Shown piece by piece: positions 35,689-44,148 of a stretch of DNA of 48,892 nucleotides. Position 1 is the first letter of the stretch. Each line of letters begins with the position of its first letter. The stretch lies in IMG/VR virus record IMGVR_UViG_3300037761_000147, positions 1 to 48,892 of that record; one strand, written 5' to 3'. This DNA comes from a virus. Taxonomy: Duplodnaviria; Caudoviricetes. The notes beneath the pieces were generated by a model. The model worked only from the letters and a program-made list of their open reading frames with translations, had not been told where the DNA came from and ran no database searches. The position numbers and the translations under genes were made by a program.

Positions 35689-36101
35689 GTGCTGCTACCG
35701 GAGTGGGTGTGGCCGGTGATGGCCGGCCGGCGGAGCTCCGCCTGTTCTGCACCGGACATGGCGGACGCGCCTCGGCTGGTCGGGTGACGCTCGAGTGCAT
35801 GCCTGGGGGCGAGCAGCACCCGCTGGGACCGCGGCCCGGTCGGCCGGACCGGTGGTGGCGATGAAGTCTTGTTATGCGAACGGACGGGTAGCAGCGCGGT
35901 GATCTCCACGTCGAGCGCATCGGCGATCCGCTCCAGGTCGTTCAACGTGATCTCGGTGTTGCCGGTCAGCCGGTAGCTCACCCAGGATCTGGAGACGCCG
36001 AGCCGTCCGGCCAGCTCACGCCCGCTTGTGCGCTTGCGGCCGATCATCGCCCGGATCTCTCCGGCAACGTAGTCGCTGAGCGACGACTCATCGATGGCCA
36101 T
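35685..36101 (-). CDS. Immunity repressor (XRE HTH) with low-complexity C-terminal extension
   Basis: SGRELAGRLGVSRSWVSYRLTG...L.DLERIA.AL; divergent from cro; overlaps int start by 4 bp. Confidence 0.85.
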   Translation of the reverse strand: MAIDESSLSDYVAGEIRAMIGRKRTSGRELAGRLGVSRSWVSYRLTGNTEITLNDLERIADALDVEITALLPVRSHNKTSSPPPVRPTGPRSQRVLLAPRHALERHPTSRGASAMSGAEQAELRRPAITGHTHSGSST

Positions 36102-36193
36102 GCCGCCATGGTGGCACTGAATCCGTGCCGATGTCCAGGCTGATGGTATGACGGCCGTGTCAGCCGATCGGGTGATTCTGAGATTGGACCCCC

Positions 36194-36235
36194 GTGACGC
36201 TTGAAGCGTCACAGATTCGGTGACATCCTCTGGCT
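36194..36235 (+). promoter_or_regulatory. Early lytic promoter with overlapping operators
   Basis: TTGAAG-N17-CATCCT-N6-ATG; palindromes GTGACGCTT-G-AAGCGTCAC (36194-36212) and GTCAC-N7-GTGAC (36208-36224). Confidence 0.7.
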
Positions 36236-36460
36236 ATGACCGCAGACGTCAGCATCCGCCAGGCCGTTGTCGCCAGACTTAAGGCCGATGGCCTGTCGGA
36301 CCGTGAGTTCGCACGCCAACTCGGCGTCTCGCACAACTGGGTTCACCGGCACCTCCGCGCGGTCCCGCCGTCACCGTTCAGCGCCGACGACCTGGAGATG
36401 GTCGCCCGGGCACTCGACGTGCCGATGGCCGACCTGCTCCCCGTAGAGCGTGCGTCATGA
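36236..36460 (+). CDS. cro: Cro-like XRE HTH protein
   Basis: LSDREFARQLGVSHNWV; similar in pattern to the repressor; first early gene. Confidence 0.85.
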   Translation: MTADVSIRQAVVARLKADGLSDREFARQLGVSHNWVHRHLRAVPPSPFSADDLEMVARALDVPMADLLPVERAS

Positions 36461-37254
36461 CCGCGCGCGAGGTGCACCCCGTCGCCGACCTGTTCCCGAT
36501 GCTCGCCGACGACGAGTTGGCCGAGCTGGCCGAGGACATCCGGCAGCGCGGCCTACTCCAGCCGATCGTGCTCGACGGTGACGGCCGGGTGCTCGACGGT
36601 CGGAACCGGCTAGCCGCGTGCAAGCTGGCCGGGGTCGCCCCCGAGTTCGTCGGATATCACGGCGACGACCCGGACGGGTATGCGCTGGCGGTCAACATCG
36701 CACGCCGCCACCTGTCGAAGGGACAGCAGGCGATGGTGGCCGCCCGAGCGGCTTTAGTTTCTAAAGGTACCAAGGCTTCCGCCGCTAAAGCGGTTGGTGT
36801 GAGCGCGGGTCGAGTGGCGCAAGCTGCCACCGTTGTTGCACACGCGCCCGATCTTGCCGATGCCGTAGTTGCCGGCGCGATGGGGCTCGACGAGGCGTAC
36901 CGCATCGCCCGCGAGAACAAGACGAAGGGCGAGAGCGCCGAGGCGCAGCTTGCCCAACTCCGCGCCGACGATGCGGAGCTCGCAGACAAGGTCGTCGAGG
37001 GCGAGCTGACCCTGGCCGGCGCGCGGGCCGAACTGGCCGAGCGCGAGCGGAAGCGCGCAGAAGAACGCCGCGACGCGCGTGCCCTACTGAACCGGGCCGT
37101 TGACCTGCTCTCTCCACCCACCGCCGGAAACGGCTTCGTCGCCTCGTGGGCGGACCACCTGGGCGAATTCGACGCAGAGCTGTCGGACCTCATCACGCGT
37201 GCTGAGCAGGCGGCACAGGTCCTGCTCGACCTGATCGAAAGGAAGAGGCCGTGA
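36457..37254 (+). CDS. ParB N-terminal-domain protein with HTH
   Basis: HPVADLFPM...LAEDI..RGLLQPIVL...VLDGRNR; NI.RRHLS.GQ.AM; AAKAVGVS HTH. Confidence 0.9.
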   Translation: MTAREVHPVADLFPMLADDELAELAEDIRQRGLLQPIVLDGDGRVLDGRNRLAACKLAGVAPEFVGYHGDDPDGYALAVNIARRHLSKGQQAMVAARAALVSKGTKASAAKAVGVSAGRVAQAATVVAHAPDLADAVVAGAMGLDEAYRIARENKTKGESAEAQLAQLRADDAELADKVVEGELTLAGARAELAERERKRAEERRDARALLNRAVDLLSPPTAGNGFVASWADHLGEFDAELSDLITRAEQAAQVLLDLIERKRP

Positions 37255-37685
37255 CCTTCGCCGAGCACTTGGAGAACCACCGCCGCGACGACGGCACCTA
37301 TGACCTTGCGGCGGCTGAGCAGGCGCGCGCCGAGGAGTTGTCGCACTCGCCGGAGGAGATCGACCGGCTCGCCAGGAAAGCGGCCCAGCAGGAGCGGGCT
37401 CAGTGGGAGCGCAACGAGACCGCCAAGCTCCGCAAGCAGTTCATGCAGCCAGCCCTATCGGTCGAGTTGGAGCTTGACGTCAAGGTTCCTCTGGGCGGGT
37501 CGAGCGCGGTCGACTTCGGCGACATGAACCACGAGCGGATCAAGCTCCGCAAGGACCTCCGCACCAAAGTGCACCTGGAGGAGAACCGGGCCTTCGACGC
37601 CGAGATGACGTACTGGATGCAGACCGAGCAGCTTCTCGGCGACGGCCAGACGATCGCTGACGCGCTGGGCCGGCCGGAGGCGTGA
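37251..37685 (+). CDS. Hypothetical protein coupled to the ParB-like gene
   Basis: GTGA overlap; AAAGGAAGAGG RBS. Confidence 0.75.
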   Translation: MTFAEHLENHRRDDGTYDLAAAEQARAEELSHSPEEIDRLARKAAQQERAQWERNETAKLRKQFMQPALSVELELDVKVPLGGSSAVDFGDMNHERIKLRKDLRTKVHLEENRAFDAEMTYWMQTEQLLGDGQTIADALGRPEA

Positions 37686-37686
37686 C

Positions 37687-37872
37687 ATGGCACTCGCCGA
37701 ATGCGCCACCTGCGGCCTGACATTCACCAGTGTCGGCGGTTTCGACTACCACCGCCACAAGGGGACGTGCCGTACCGCAGACGAGTTGCGCGCCAAGGGC
37801 TACGAGCCGAACGAGCGCGACCACTGGCGCAAGCCGATGCCCGAAGGCCAAGCCCCGTGGGACGCGGCATGA
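37687..37872 (+). CDS. Phage FDxHR-type zinc-binding protein
   Basis: CATC..TF.....FDYHR...C. Confidence 0.7.
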   Translation: MALAECATCGLTFTSVGGFDYHRHKGTCRTADELRAKGYEPNERDHWRKPMPEGQAPWDAA

Positions 37873-37970
37873 GCACGCCTACGCCCCCCGGTCTGAGTTG
37901 GTCGCTCCGTTGGCTGATCTGGGTCATGGGGACCGCGCTGATCGCCTGGCTCGTTTGGAGGTCTCGATGA
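37869..37970 (+). CDS. Small membrane peptide
   Basis: ATGA overlaps; hydrophobic. Confidence 0.5.
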   Translation: MSTPTPPGLSWSLRWLIWVMGTALIAWLVWRSR

Positions 37971-38149
37971 TCCGGCAGCTGGTGCTCACCTGCGTCGGCT
38001 TGGCCATGGTCGCCGCCATCCCCACCGCCGCCGTCGCCCGCACGACGTGGGGCCCGGTTGCCACCCTGACCCTGCTCGGCCTGTCCCTGGCCGGGGTCGG
38101 CTGCCTACTCGCCGCCGTCCCCGCCCGGCGCCCGGGAGGTGCGCGATGA
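37967..38149 (+). CDS. Small two-TM membrane protein
   Basis: GGAGG RBS; hydrophobic. Confidence 0.6.
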   Translation: MIRQLVLTCVGLAMVAAIPTAAVARTTWGPVATLTLLGLSLAGVGCLLAAVPARRPGGAR

Positions 38150-38364
38150 CCCGCGGGCCGCATCCGGTTGACCCGCGGCAGCCCAAGCGGCGCAACACCG
38201 CCGACTACCACCACGGCCGGGCCGCCGGCCGGGTCGCCGGCCGCGCCGCGAGACAAGCCGCCGCCGACCGCAAAGGCTGCTGCCTGCTCCGCGCCCTGTT
38301 CCTGCTCCCGCTGCTGCCGGCGCTGATCCTGGCCGGCGCGCTCACCACCTGGAGAACCCGATGA
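38146..38364 (+). CDS. Small basic membrane protein
   Basis: GGAGG RBS; C-terminal TM. Confidence 0.55.
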   Translation: MTRGPHPVDPRQPKRRNTADYHHGRAAGRVAGRAARQAAADRKGCCLLRALFLLPLLPALILAGALTTWRTR

Positions 38365-38543
38365 GCATCACCGAAGTCGACTGGCAGGGCCTGGCCTACC
38401 AGGGCCGGCACCGGGCCGACCCGCACCCCGACTGGGTGAGCGCCTACCCCGACCGGCTCGGCGCCCACCACGACAACCCGGAGCCGTTCGCCCGTGAGGG
38501 TGCGGTGCCCGTCGCCGAACTGATCACCGGGGAGGCGTCATGA
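38361..38543 (+). CDS. Hypothetical protein (60 aa)
   Basis: ATGA overlaps. Confidence 0.55.
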   Translation: MSITEVDWQGLAYQGRHRADPHPDWVSAYPDRLGAHHDNPEPFAREGAVPVAELITGEAS

Positions 38544-38797
38544 CCACCATCGCCGGGCTGTCCCCGGCCATGCTCACCGAGCTCCAGGCCGTCGCCGAGC
38601 GGAAGGTGACCCGCGAGGTGTTCGGCCCGCGCAAGGCCAGCTATCACCTGGGCTGGAATGTCACCCGCACCGCCAACGCCCTGCACCGGCGTGAGCTGAT
38701 CACCCCGGGGGAGCGGCAGATAGGCCGTCGGTACTCCACCTGGGAGCTGACCGACGCCGGCCGTGCCCTGCTCGACCGGCTGGACGGTGCGTCATGA
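38540..38797 (+). CDS. Winged-helix-like hypothetical protein
   Basis: L.RRELI...W.LT.AGR.LL pattern; GGAGG RBS. Confidence 0.6.
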   Translation: MTTIAGLSPAMLTELQAVAERKVTREVFGPRKASYHLGWNVTRTANALHRRELITPGERQIGRRYSTWELTDAGRALLDRLDGAS

Positions 38798-39147
38798 CCA
38801 CGCTCCCGATTGGCACCGTCGTCATCGGCAGCCGCGGGCTGGGCTGGATCACCCGCGCCGACCAGCACGGCGGCGCCGACGGGTACTGGATTGCCGACCA
38901 GACCGGCGACCCCGGCACCCGGCCGGAACCACCCCGCTGGCCAGACACCATCACCGCCGTGGCCACGTTCGCCCCCTCGTCGTGCGTAACCCCGGCCGTA
39001 GTCGGGCGCAGCGTGTGCCGGCGTCCATGGCCGCACGGCTGCGGGTTGCACCACGTCGCCGCCTCGGAGTTGGCGTGGCTGCCGGCCCTGCCACCGCGGA
39101 TGACGGTGACCGTTGACCTGCTCGGCCGGCTGGACGGTGTCCGATGA
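38794..39147 (+). CDS. Hypothetical protein
   Basis: ATGA overlaps. Confidence 0.5.
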   Translation: MTTLPIGTVVIGSRGLGWITRADQHGGADGYWIADQTGDPGTRPEPPRWPDTITAVATFAPSSCVTPAVVGRSVCRRPWPHGCGLHHVAASELAWLPALPPRMTVTVDLLGRLDGVR

Positions 39148-39620
39148 TCCGCCGGCATGTGGCCGTGTGGGCCACCACCCCGCTGCTGCGCCTGCTCGCC
39201 TTACCCGCCGCGCTGGTCGCCGCGGCCATCCCAGCCCTGACCGTCACCGTGCTGGCCCCGCGGGCCATCGGCGACACGTGGCCGGCGCTGCTCGGCCTGG
39301 CCTTCCTGACCACCACCGCGCTCCGGCCGGGTTCTCCGTCCCGGCTGGCGCCCGCTGTTGCGCGCGTTGTGCCGCGTGCCGGTGGGCTGCGCGCCGCCCC
39401 GGTCGTGACCCGGGGGGGCGCGCCCACACGTCCGGCCCGGGGTCACGGCTACCCCCTTAGCCGCCCGGGCCGGGCCACCATCCCGCCGGGTGCCGCTGTG
39501 CTGCCGACCGAGACCGCGGCGGCGCCCGGCCACCACAACTCCCAGGGTGCGCGTTTCGGGACGCTGCGCGTGCCCTGGGGCAGCGTCCCCAACGTCCCGC
39601 GACAAGGAGGTGCCACATGA
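39144..39620 (+). CDS. Membrane protein with low-complexity C-terminus
   Basis: Two N-terminal hydrophobic segments; ATGA overlaps. Confidence 0.45.
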   Translation: MIRRHVAVWATTPLLRLLALPAALVAAAIPALTVTVLAPRAIGDTWPALLGLAFLTTTALRPGSPSRLAPAVARVVPRAGGLRAAPVVTRGGAPTRPARGHGYPLSRPGRATIPPGAAVLPTETAAAPGHHNSQGARFGTLRVPWGSVPNVPRQGGAT

Positions 39621-39802
39621 GCACCCTACTGATCGGCCTGTTCTGGTCGACGATCATCGCCGCCTGCGTGACCGCCCTGCACCTGCTCGACCGGCGGCTG
39701 GTCGCCACGGCCAACCGGGAGCAGTGGCAGGCCCGGCAGGCGGCCCGGGTCAGCGGGCTAGCCGACCGGCGGCCCCAGGATGACCTCGAAGGGTGGCGGT
39801 GA
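39617..39802 (+). CDS. Small membrane protein
   Basis: AAGGAGG RBS; N-terminal TM. Confidence 0.6.
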   Translation: MSTLLIGLFWSTIIAACVTALHLLDRRLVATANREQWQARQAARVSGLADRRPQDDLEGWR

Positions 39803-40083
39803 TGACCTACACCGACGCCGATGTGGACGTGGTTGACAACGAGCTGTCGGCCCGGCTGGTCCTGGAGCCGGACGACCTGTACCGGGAGATGGCCTGCGCC
39901 ATCCTGCGCGCGCTGGTCGCCGCCGGGTGGGCACCCCGCGCCGAGGTGGCCGAGGGAATCGCCGACGCACTCGACGCGGAACTGAAGCATGGCGCGCCTG
40001 CGATGTCACCGGCCTACCACAGCGGATATCGCGACGCCGCCCGCTATGTGCGCAACCGAGGGGCGGAGGCCGGCCGTGGCTGA
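39799..40083 (+). CDS. Hypothetical protein
   Basis: GTGA overlap; protein-like composition. Confidence 0.6.
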   Translation: MMTYTDADVDVVDNELSARLVLEPDDLYREMACAILRALVAAGWAPRAEVAEGIADALDAELKHGAPAMSPAYHSGYRDAARYVRNRGAEAGRG

Positions 40084-40285
40084 GCACATCGAACAGGAGG
40101 CCGTGGCCGCCATCCGCGAGTTCCTCGGCCCGGCCGCCACCCGCGCCGACGCCGCGACCGTCCTACCCGCATGGGCCGCCTACCACCAGTGGCGCTACGA
40201 CGACCTGGACTTTGCCGCGGTGCTCGACGAGTTCGACGGCTTGCTGTGGCCGGCGTCGCTGCACACCAACGGGAGTACACCATGA
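40076..40285 (+). CDS. Hypothetical protein
   Basis: GGAGG RBS before GTG. Confidence 0.55.
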   Translation: MAEHIEQEAVAAIREFLGPAATRADAATVLPAWAAYHQWRYDDLDFAAVLDEFDGLLWPASLHTNGSTP

Positions 40286-40581
40286 CCGTCACCATCACCG
40301 ACCTGGACTGGCGGCTACGCGCCGCCTGCCGCGACCACCCGCTGGGCGCCGACGCATGGTTCGCCGACGAGCCGGACCTGCGGGCGCAGGCGCGGGCCGT
40401 GTGCCTACGCTGCCCTGTCCGCGGCGACTGCCTGGCATCCGCAATGGCCGCCGAGGCCGGCAGGGACCGCAGCGGCCGGTTCGGCCTGGCCGGCGGGTTC
40501 GGCCCGCTCGCCCGCTGGCAGCGGGAACGGTGCCACACCGGCACGTGTGTCCACCTCGAACACCAAGGGGGCGGGCTGTGA
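40282..40581 (+). CDS. whiB: WhiB-family Fe-S transcription factor
   Basis: W..RAAC...WF....A.AVC..CPV..DCL; GLAGG variant of GVWGG. Confidence 0.9.
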   Translation: MTVTITDLDWRLRAACRDHPLGADAWFADEPDLRAQARAVCLRCPVRGDCLASAMAAEAGRDRSGRFGLAGGFGPLARWQRERCHTGTCVHLEHQGGGL

Positions 40582-40832
40582 GCCAGCTGACCACCACCCA
40601 GCTACGCGGGCGGATGTTGCATGCGCTCGCCTGCTACGAGGATGCCAAGCGTCGTTTCGTCGCCATCACCGAGGCGTACAAGCCTGGCCGGGACCCGTCC
40701 ACCGCGGAGATTATGGCCGCCGGTGACCACCGCCGGCAGGCCGCCGCCGCCGACTGCGGCTTCTACGGCGCCGAAATCCAACGCTACGGCACCGCGCTGA
40801 TCGCTCTCACGCTGACGGGAGGCGACCTGTGA
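40578..40832 (+). CDS. Hypothetical protein
   Basis: GTGA overlaps at both ends. Confidence 0.6.
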   Translation: MSQLTTTQLRGRMLHALACYEDAKRRFVAITEAYKPGRDPSTAEIMAAGDHRRQAAAADCGFYGAEIQRYGTALIALTLTGGDL

Positions 40833-41047
40833 GCACCCCGTGGACCGCGTTCGTGGTCGCGGCCGTCGGCGGCGCACTGTTCTTCATCATCCTGTTGGAG
40901 TGGCTCAACTACGAGATGCACCGCGACCTCATGTATCGGATCTTGTGGTACTTGGACTACCTCGCCTACGGCGACGAACCCGCTGACGAGGACGAGCCCG
41001 ACGAGCTCCCCGCCGACCACCTGACGTACGACGAGGAGGAGCGGTGA
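40829..41047 (+). CDS. Small membrane protein with acidic tail
   Basis: N-terminal TM; GGAGG RBS. Confidence 0.6.
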   Translation: MSTPWTAFVVAAVGGALFFIILLEWLNYEMHRDLMYRILWYLDYLAYGDEPADEDEPDELPADHLTYDEEER

Positions 41048-41352
41048 CCGTCCACATGCTGCACGCACCCGCCGCCGCGCTGCGCTGGTGGCACCGGCAG
41101 AAAGCCACCCGGCGTATCCGCGTCGCCCGGCGTGTCCTACGCCGCAACCGTGACGTGCTCGAACTGCCACGACTGCTCCGCGCGGCCATGGCCGACCGTG
41201 CCACCTGCGTGGCCTGCGGCGAGGAGCATGCCCTACGCCGCGACGGCCGGGTACACGGCCACGGCCACGGCTGCCCCGGCGGCGGGGAACTCCCCGCACC
41301 CATCACCGGCTACCGGCTGGTCCAAGACACGCCCACCACCGAAGGGGACTGA
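41044..41352 (+). CDS. Basic Cys/His protein
   Basis: CxxC...H....CPG motif; GAGGAGG RBS. Confidence 0.6.
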   Translation: MTVHMLHAPAAALRWWHRQKATRRIRVARRVLRRNRDVLELPRLLRAAMADRATCVACGEEHALRRDGRVHGHGHGCPGGGELPAPITGYRLVQDTPTTEGD

Positions 41353-41353
41353 G

Positions 41354-41848
41354 ATGAGCAGCGACGAAGACCGGCTGCCACCATGGGCACGGCTAACGGC
41401 GCAATGTGATAGATGCAAACTGATGGCTACCCTGCGCATCGACGGGTCCAATACCCTGACGTATGTCGAGGGTGATGGCGTTCCCGTGATCCTGCTGGAG
41501 AACGAGCACCCACGCAAGGCTACGACGATCGCATGCGAGCGGCATGCATATGAAATCGCCGACGAGTGGCTGATCGATCTAGGCTTGACCTGTATCCGCC
41601 CGCTTAAGTACACATGGTGGTACTGGCTCACGAGCGGCCGCCGGCCACTCAGGTTCATCGGTAACCTACAGACCGCAATTCACAATTGGCGATTTGATCG
41701 AGGGGCAACCCGTGTCCTCAATCTGATGCTGGACCAGGACACAAAGCCGTGTCCGCCGCGCAGCAACTCTCCCTCGCCACCACCATGTGCGCCGAACACG
41801 CCGGCATGTGCACCCGCGGCTGCCCCATGCCCGCCGTCGACGCCATGA
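41354..41848 (+). CDS. Hypothetical protein, atypical (lower GC) codon usage
   Basis: GAAGGGG RBS; many A/T-ending codons in 41390-41730. Confidence 0.55.
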   Translation: MSSDEDRLPPWARLTAQCDRCKLMATLRIDGSNTLTYVEGDGVPVILLENEHPRKATTIACERHAYEIADEWLIDLGLTCIRPLKYTWWYWLTSGRRPLRFIGNLQTAIHNWRFDRGATRVLNLMLDQDTKPCPPRSNSPSPPPCAPNTPACAPAAAPCPPSTP

Positions 41849-41861
41849 GCGGGAGGCAGTC

Positions 41862-42299
41862 ATGAACCGGTCCAAGCAGGTCGGCACCGCTACCGAAACC
41901 GCAGTCGTCCGCTACCTGCGTGACAACGGCTGGCCTGGTGCCGAACGCCGCGCGCTGCGAGGACACCTCGACGCCGGAGACCTCACAGGCACACCCGGGC
42001 TGTGCTGGTCCGTGAAGGGCGGCGACTACGCCCGCTACCCGTCCGACGGGCAGATCACCGAGTGGCTGAACGAGCTCGACCGGCAGCGCAAACATGCCGG
42101 CGCCGACCATGGCATTCTCGTCACCCGCCGCTACCGGGTCGGCGACCCCGGCCGTTGGTGGGCGTGGGCCCGCACTTCCACCGTCGCCACACTCACCGGC
42201 GGCACCTGGCCGGCAGACGACTCGTGGATGGTCACCCACCTCGAGCAGGCGGCACGAATCATCCGCGTCGCCGGCTACGGGAACGACGTGACCCTATGA
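41862..42299 (+). CDS. Holliday junction resolvase (PD-(D/E)XK, actinophage type)
   Basis: SK..GT..ET.VV.YL...GW..AERR.L.G..D.GD; SVK in place of EVK. Confidence 0.85.
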   Translation: MNRSKQVGTATETAVVRYLRDNGWPGAERRALRGHLDAGDLTGTPGLCWSVKGGDYARYPSDGQITEWLNELDRQRKHAGADHGILVTRRYRVGDPGRWWAWARTSTVATLTGGTWPADDSWMVTHLEQAARIIRVAGYGNDVTL

Positions 42300-42469
42300 G
42301 ACCCCCGACCCAGCGGCCGCGGTGGCGCTGCCTGTCCCCCGACTGCGAACAACACGACTGGCAGCTCATCCCACCCGGTGGCGACCCGCTCGAATCCGGC
42401 CGGCGGCTCATCGACGAACACATCACCACCGTGCACGACGCCGAATGCGTCCTGGAGGCGATGAAGTGA
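42296..42469 (+). CDS. Small Cys/His protein
   Basis: ATGA overlap; C....C...H....H. Confidence 0.55.
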   Translation: MRPPTQRPRWRCLSPDCEQHDWQLIPPGGDPLESGRRLIDEHITTVHDAECVLEAMK

Positions 42470-42669
42470 GCGAGATCGAGCGGGGAGAACCCGAGGTCTA
42501 CGACGAGTTCTGGGGGTACGTGCAGATTGACCTCGGCTGCGGCTGCGGCGACGACCGGCCGGTGTCCGCCGACTGCCTGGCCATGTGCGCACCCGGCGCC
42601 CCCGCACTGTGCGACAAGGACTGGTGTGCCTGCACCTGTCACCAGGGCGACGAGGAGGTTGACCGGTGA
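42466..42669 (+). CDS. Small Cys-rich acidic protein
   Basis: GTGA overlaps; CGC, C..C, C.C.CH. Confidence 0.55.
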   Translation: MSEIERGEPEVYDEFWGYVQIDLGCGCGDDRPVSADCLAMCAPGAPALCDKDWCACTCHQGDEEVDR

Positions 42670-43676
42670 GCACGCCCAGCCTGCACAACTGGTGCCTCGT
42701 CTACAACGACACCGCCCACACCTACATGCTGAACCGGACCCGCTGCAAAAGCGTCACCGCCGTCGCGAAGATAGTGCCCGACTCGTACACCCTGCAGCAG
42801 TGGGACCTGCGGCAGGTCGCCATCGGCATGACGCTCGACCGGAAGTTGGCCGAACGGGTCGCCGTCGACCCCACCAACCGGGAATCCGTCACCAGGGTGT
42901 GCGAGGACGCGAAGGAGATCGCCAAGGCCAACGATGCGGCACGCCGTGGCACCCAACGACATCGGGCCTCCGAGCTGTTCGATCTGTCCGAACCGCTGAT
43001 CACCGACCAGCAGCGGGCCGACGCCGCCGCATGGCAGCGGACCATCGACAGCTACGGCATCCAGATCCTGCCCGAGTACGTCGAAGGATTCGCCCTGTGG
43101 CCGGACCATTTCGTCGCCGGCCGGTTCGACCGGATCGCCCGCTACCAGGGACGCACGGTCATCCTGGATCTGAAAAGCGGGGAGAACGCGGTCCGCTACC
43201 CGCAGGGCACGGCCGTGCAGTTGGCCTTGTACGCCAACGCCCCCATGATCTCAGCGGCTGTGAAAACCAACGGGGACAAGTCGACCGTCACCCGGTGGCG
43301 GCAACCACCCGAGGACCTGGACCTGAAAACCGGCTACGTCATCCTGCTGGGCGACGACATGGAGGTCGGCGAACTGTGGGAGATCGACATCGCGCACGGT
43401 TGGGTGGGGGCACAGCACGGCCTGAGCATCGTCGACTGGCGCAAGGAACACAACTACGGCAAAGCACTGGCCGGCCAGGTGGACCCGCCGTCCACACCTG
43501 CAATCCACAACGGTGTGGACAGACTGCTGCAAGAGATCAAGTCTGCCTTGGATGAAGAAACCCTCACCCGGTTGTGGCGCACGTCTACCGGTTGGGCGCA
43601 GACCCACACCGAAGCGGCCATCGCACGAAAGGCCGAACTACAGACCACCGTCGCAGCCGCGACGGGGACCAGATAA
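42666..43676 (+). CDS. PD-(D/E)XK (Cas4/RecB-like) exonuclease
   Basis: SVT, RGT..H, AGRFDR, DLKSG, QLA.YA motifs. Confidence 0.85.
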   Translation: MSTPSLHNWCLVYNDTAHTYMLNRTRCKSVTAVAKIVPDSYTLQQWDLRQVAIGMTLDRKLAERVAVDPTNRESVTRVCEDAKEIAKANDAARRGTQRHRASELFDLSEPLITDQQRADAAAWQRTIDSYGIQILPEYVEGFALWPDHFVAGRFDRIARYQGRTVILDLKSGENAVRYPQGTAVQLALYANAPMISAAVKTNGDKSTVTRWRQPPEDLDLKTGYVILLGDDMEVGELWEIDIAHGWVGAQHGLSIVDWRKEHNYGKALAGQVDPPSTPAIHNGVDRLLQEIKSALDEETLTRLWRTSTGWAQTHTEAAIARKAELQTTVAAATGTR

Positions 43677-43698
43677 CAGCACGAGGAGAAGTATCAGC

Positions 43699-44082
43699 AT
43701 GAGCGACCAGTTCGACGCCCCCAGCAGCGGGGCAAGGATCACCGACTTCGAAGGAAGCCTCCTTCTCGTCAAGCCGACCTGCGAGGAGAAGGAGATCCCC
43801 ACCACGTTCGGCCCGGCCGACGCCATCGTGGCCGATGTGGTGGTCCTCGACGGTAAGGAGGCGAACGTCGAGCCGTACACCGACGTGTACGTGTTCCAGA
43901 AGGCGTTGCGCGGGCAGCTCAAGGCGAAGATTGGCACCGGCCGGTACGTCCTGGGCCGGCTCGGGAAGGGCACTGCCAAGCCCGGCCAGTCCCCGCCGTG
44001 GATCCTGACCGACCCGCAGGAGAAGGACAAGGACACCGCGCGGGTGTACCTGAAGACGGTGGAGGCGGCACCACCGTTCTGA
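43699..44082 (+). CDS. Actinophage ssDNA-binding-like protein
   Basis: G.LLLV.P....I.T.FG..D...ADVVVLDG; VLGRLG.G.AK.GQS.PW; ends PF; follows exonuclease. Confidence 0.6.
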   Translation: MSDQFDAPSSGARITDFEGSLLLVKPTCEEKEIPTTFGPADAIVADVVVLDGKEANVEPYTDVYVFQKALRGQLKAKIGTGRYVLGRLGKGTAKPGQSPPWILTDPQEKDKDTARVYLKTVEAAPPF

Positions 44083-44148
44083 TGTAGTTCGCCCCGACGC
44101 CGGGACCGGCCGGGACACCCGCGATCACGTCGCGGCGGGGCACTCCTG

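Noticed and set aside
35855-35882. Host dif site (one arm resembles a proteobacterial XerC arm, GTTCGCATAA)
   Set aside because: The other arm lacks the TTATGT(T/C)AA XerD consensus; kept only as a candidate phage attP core
42666-43676. Cas4-like gene as evidence of CRISPR-Cas
   Set aside because: Stand-alone PD-(D/E)XK exonuclease beside an SSB-like gene, the usual phage recombination context
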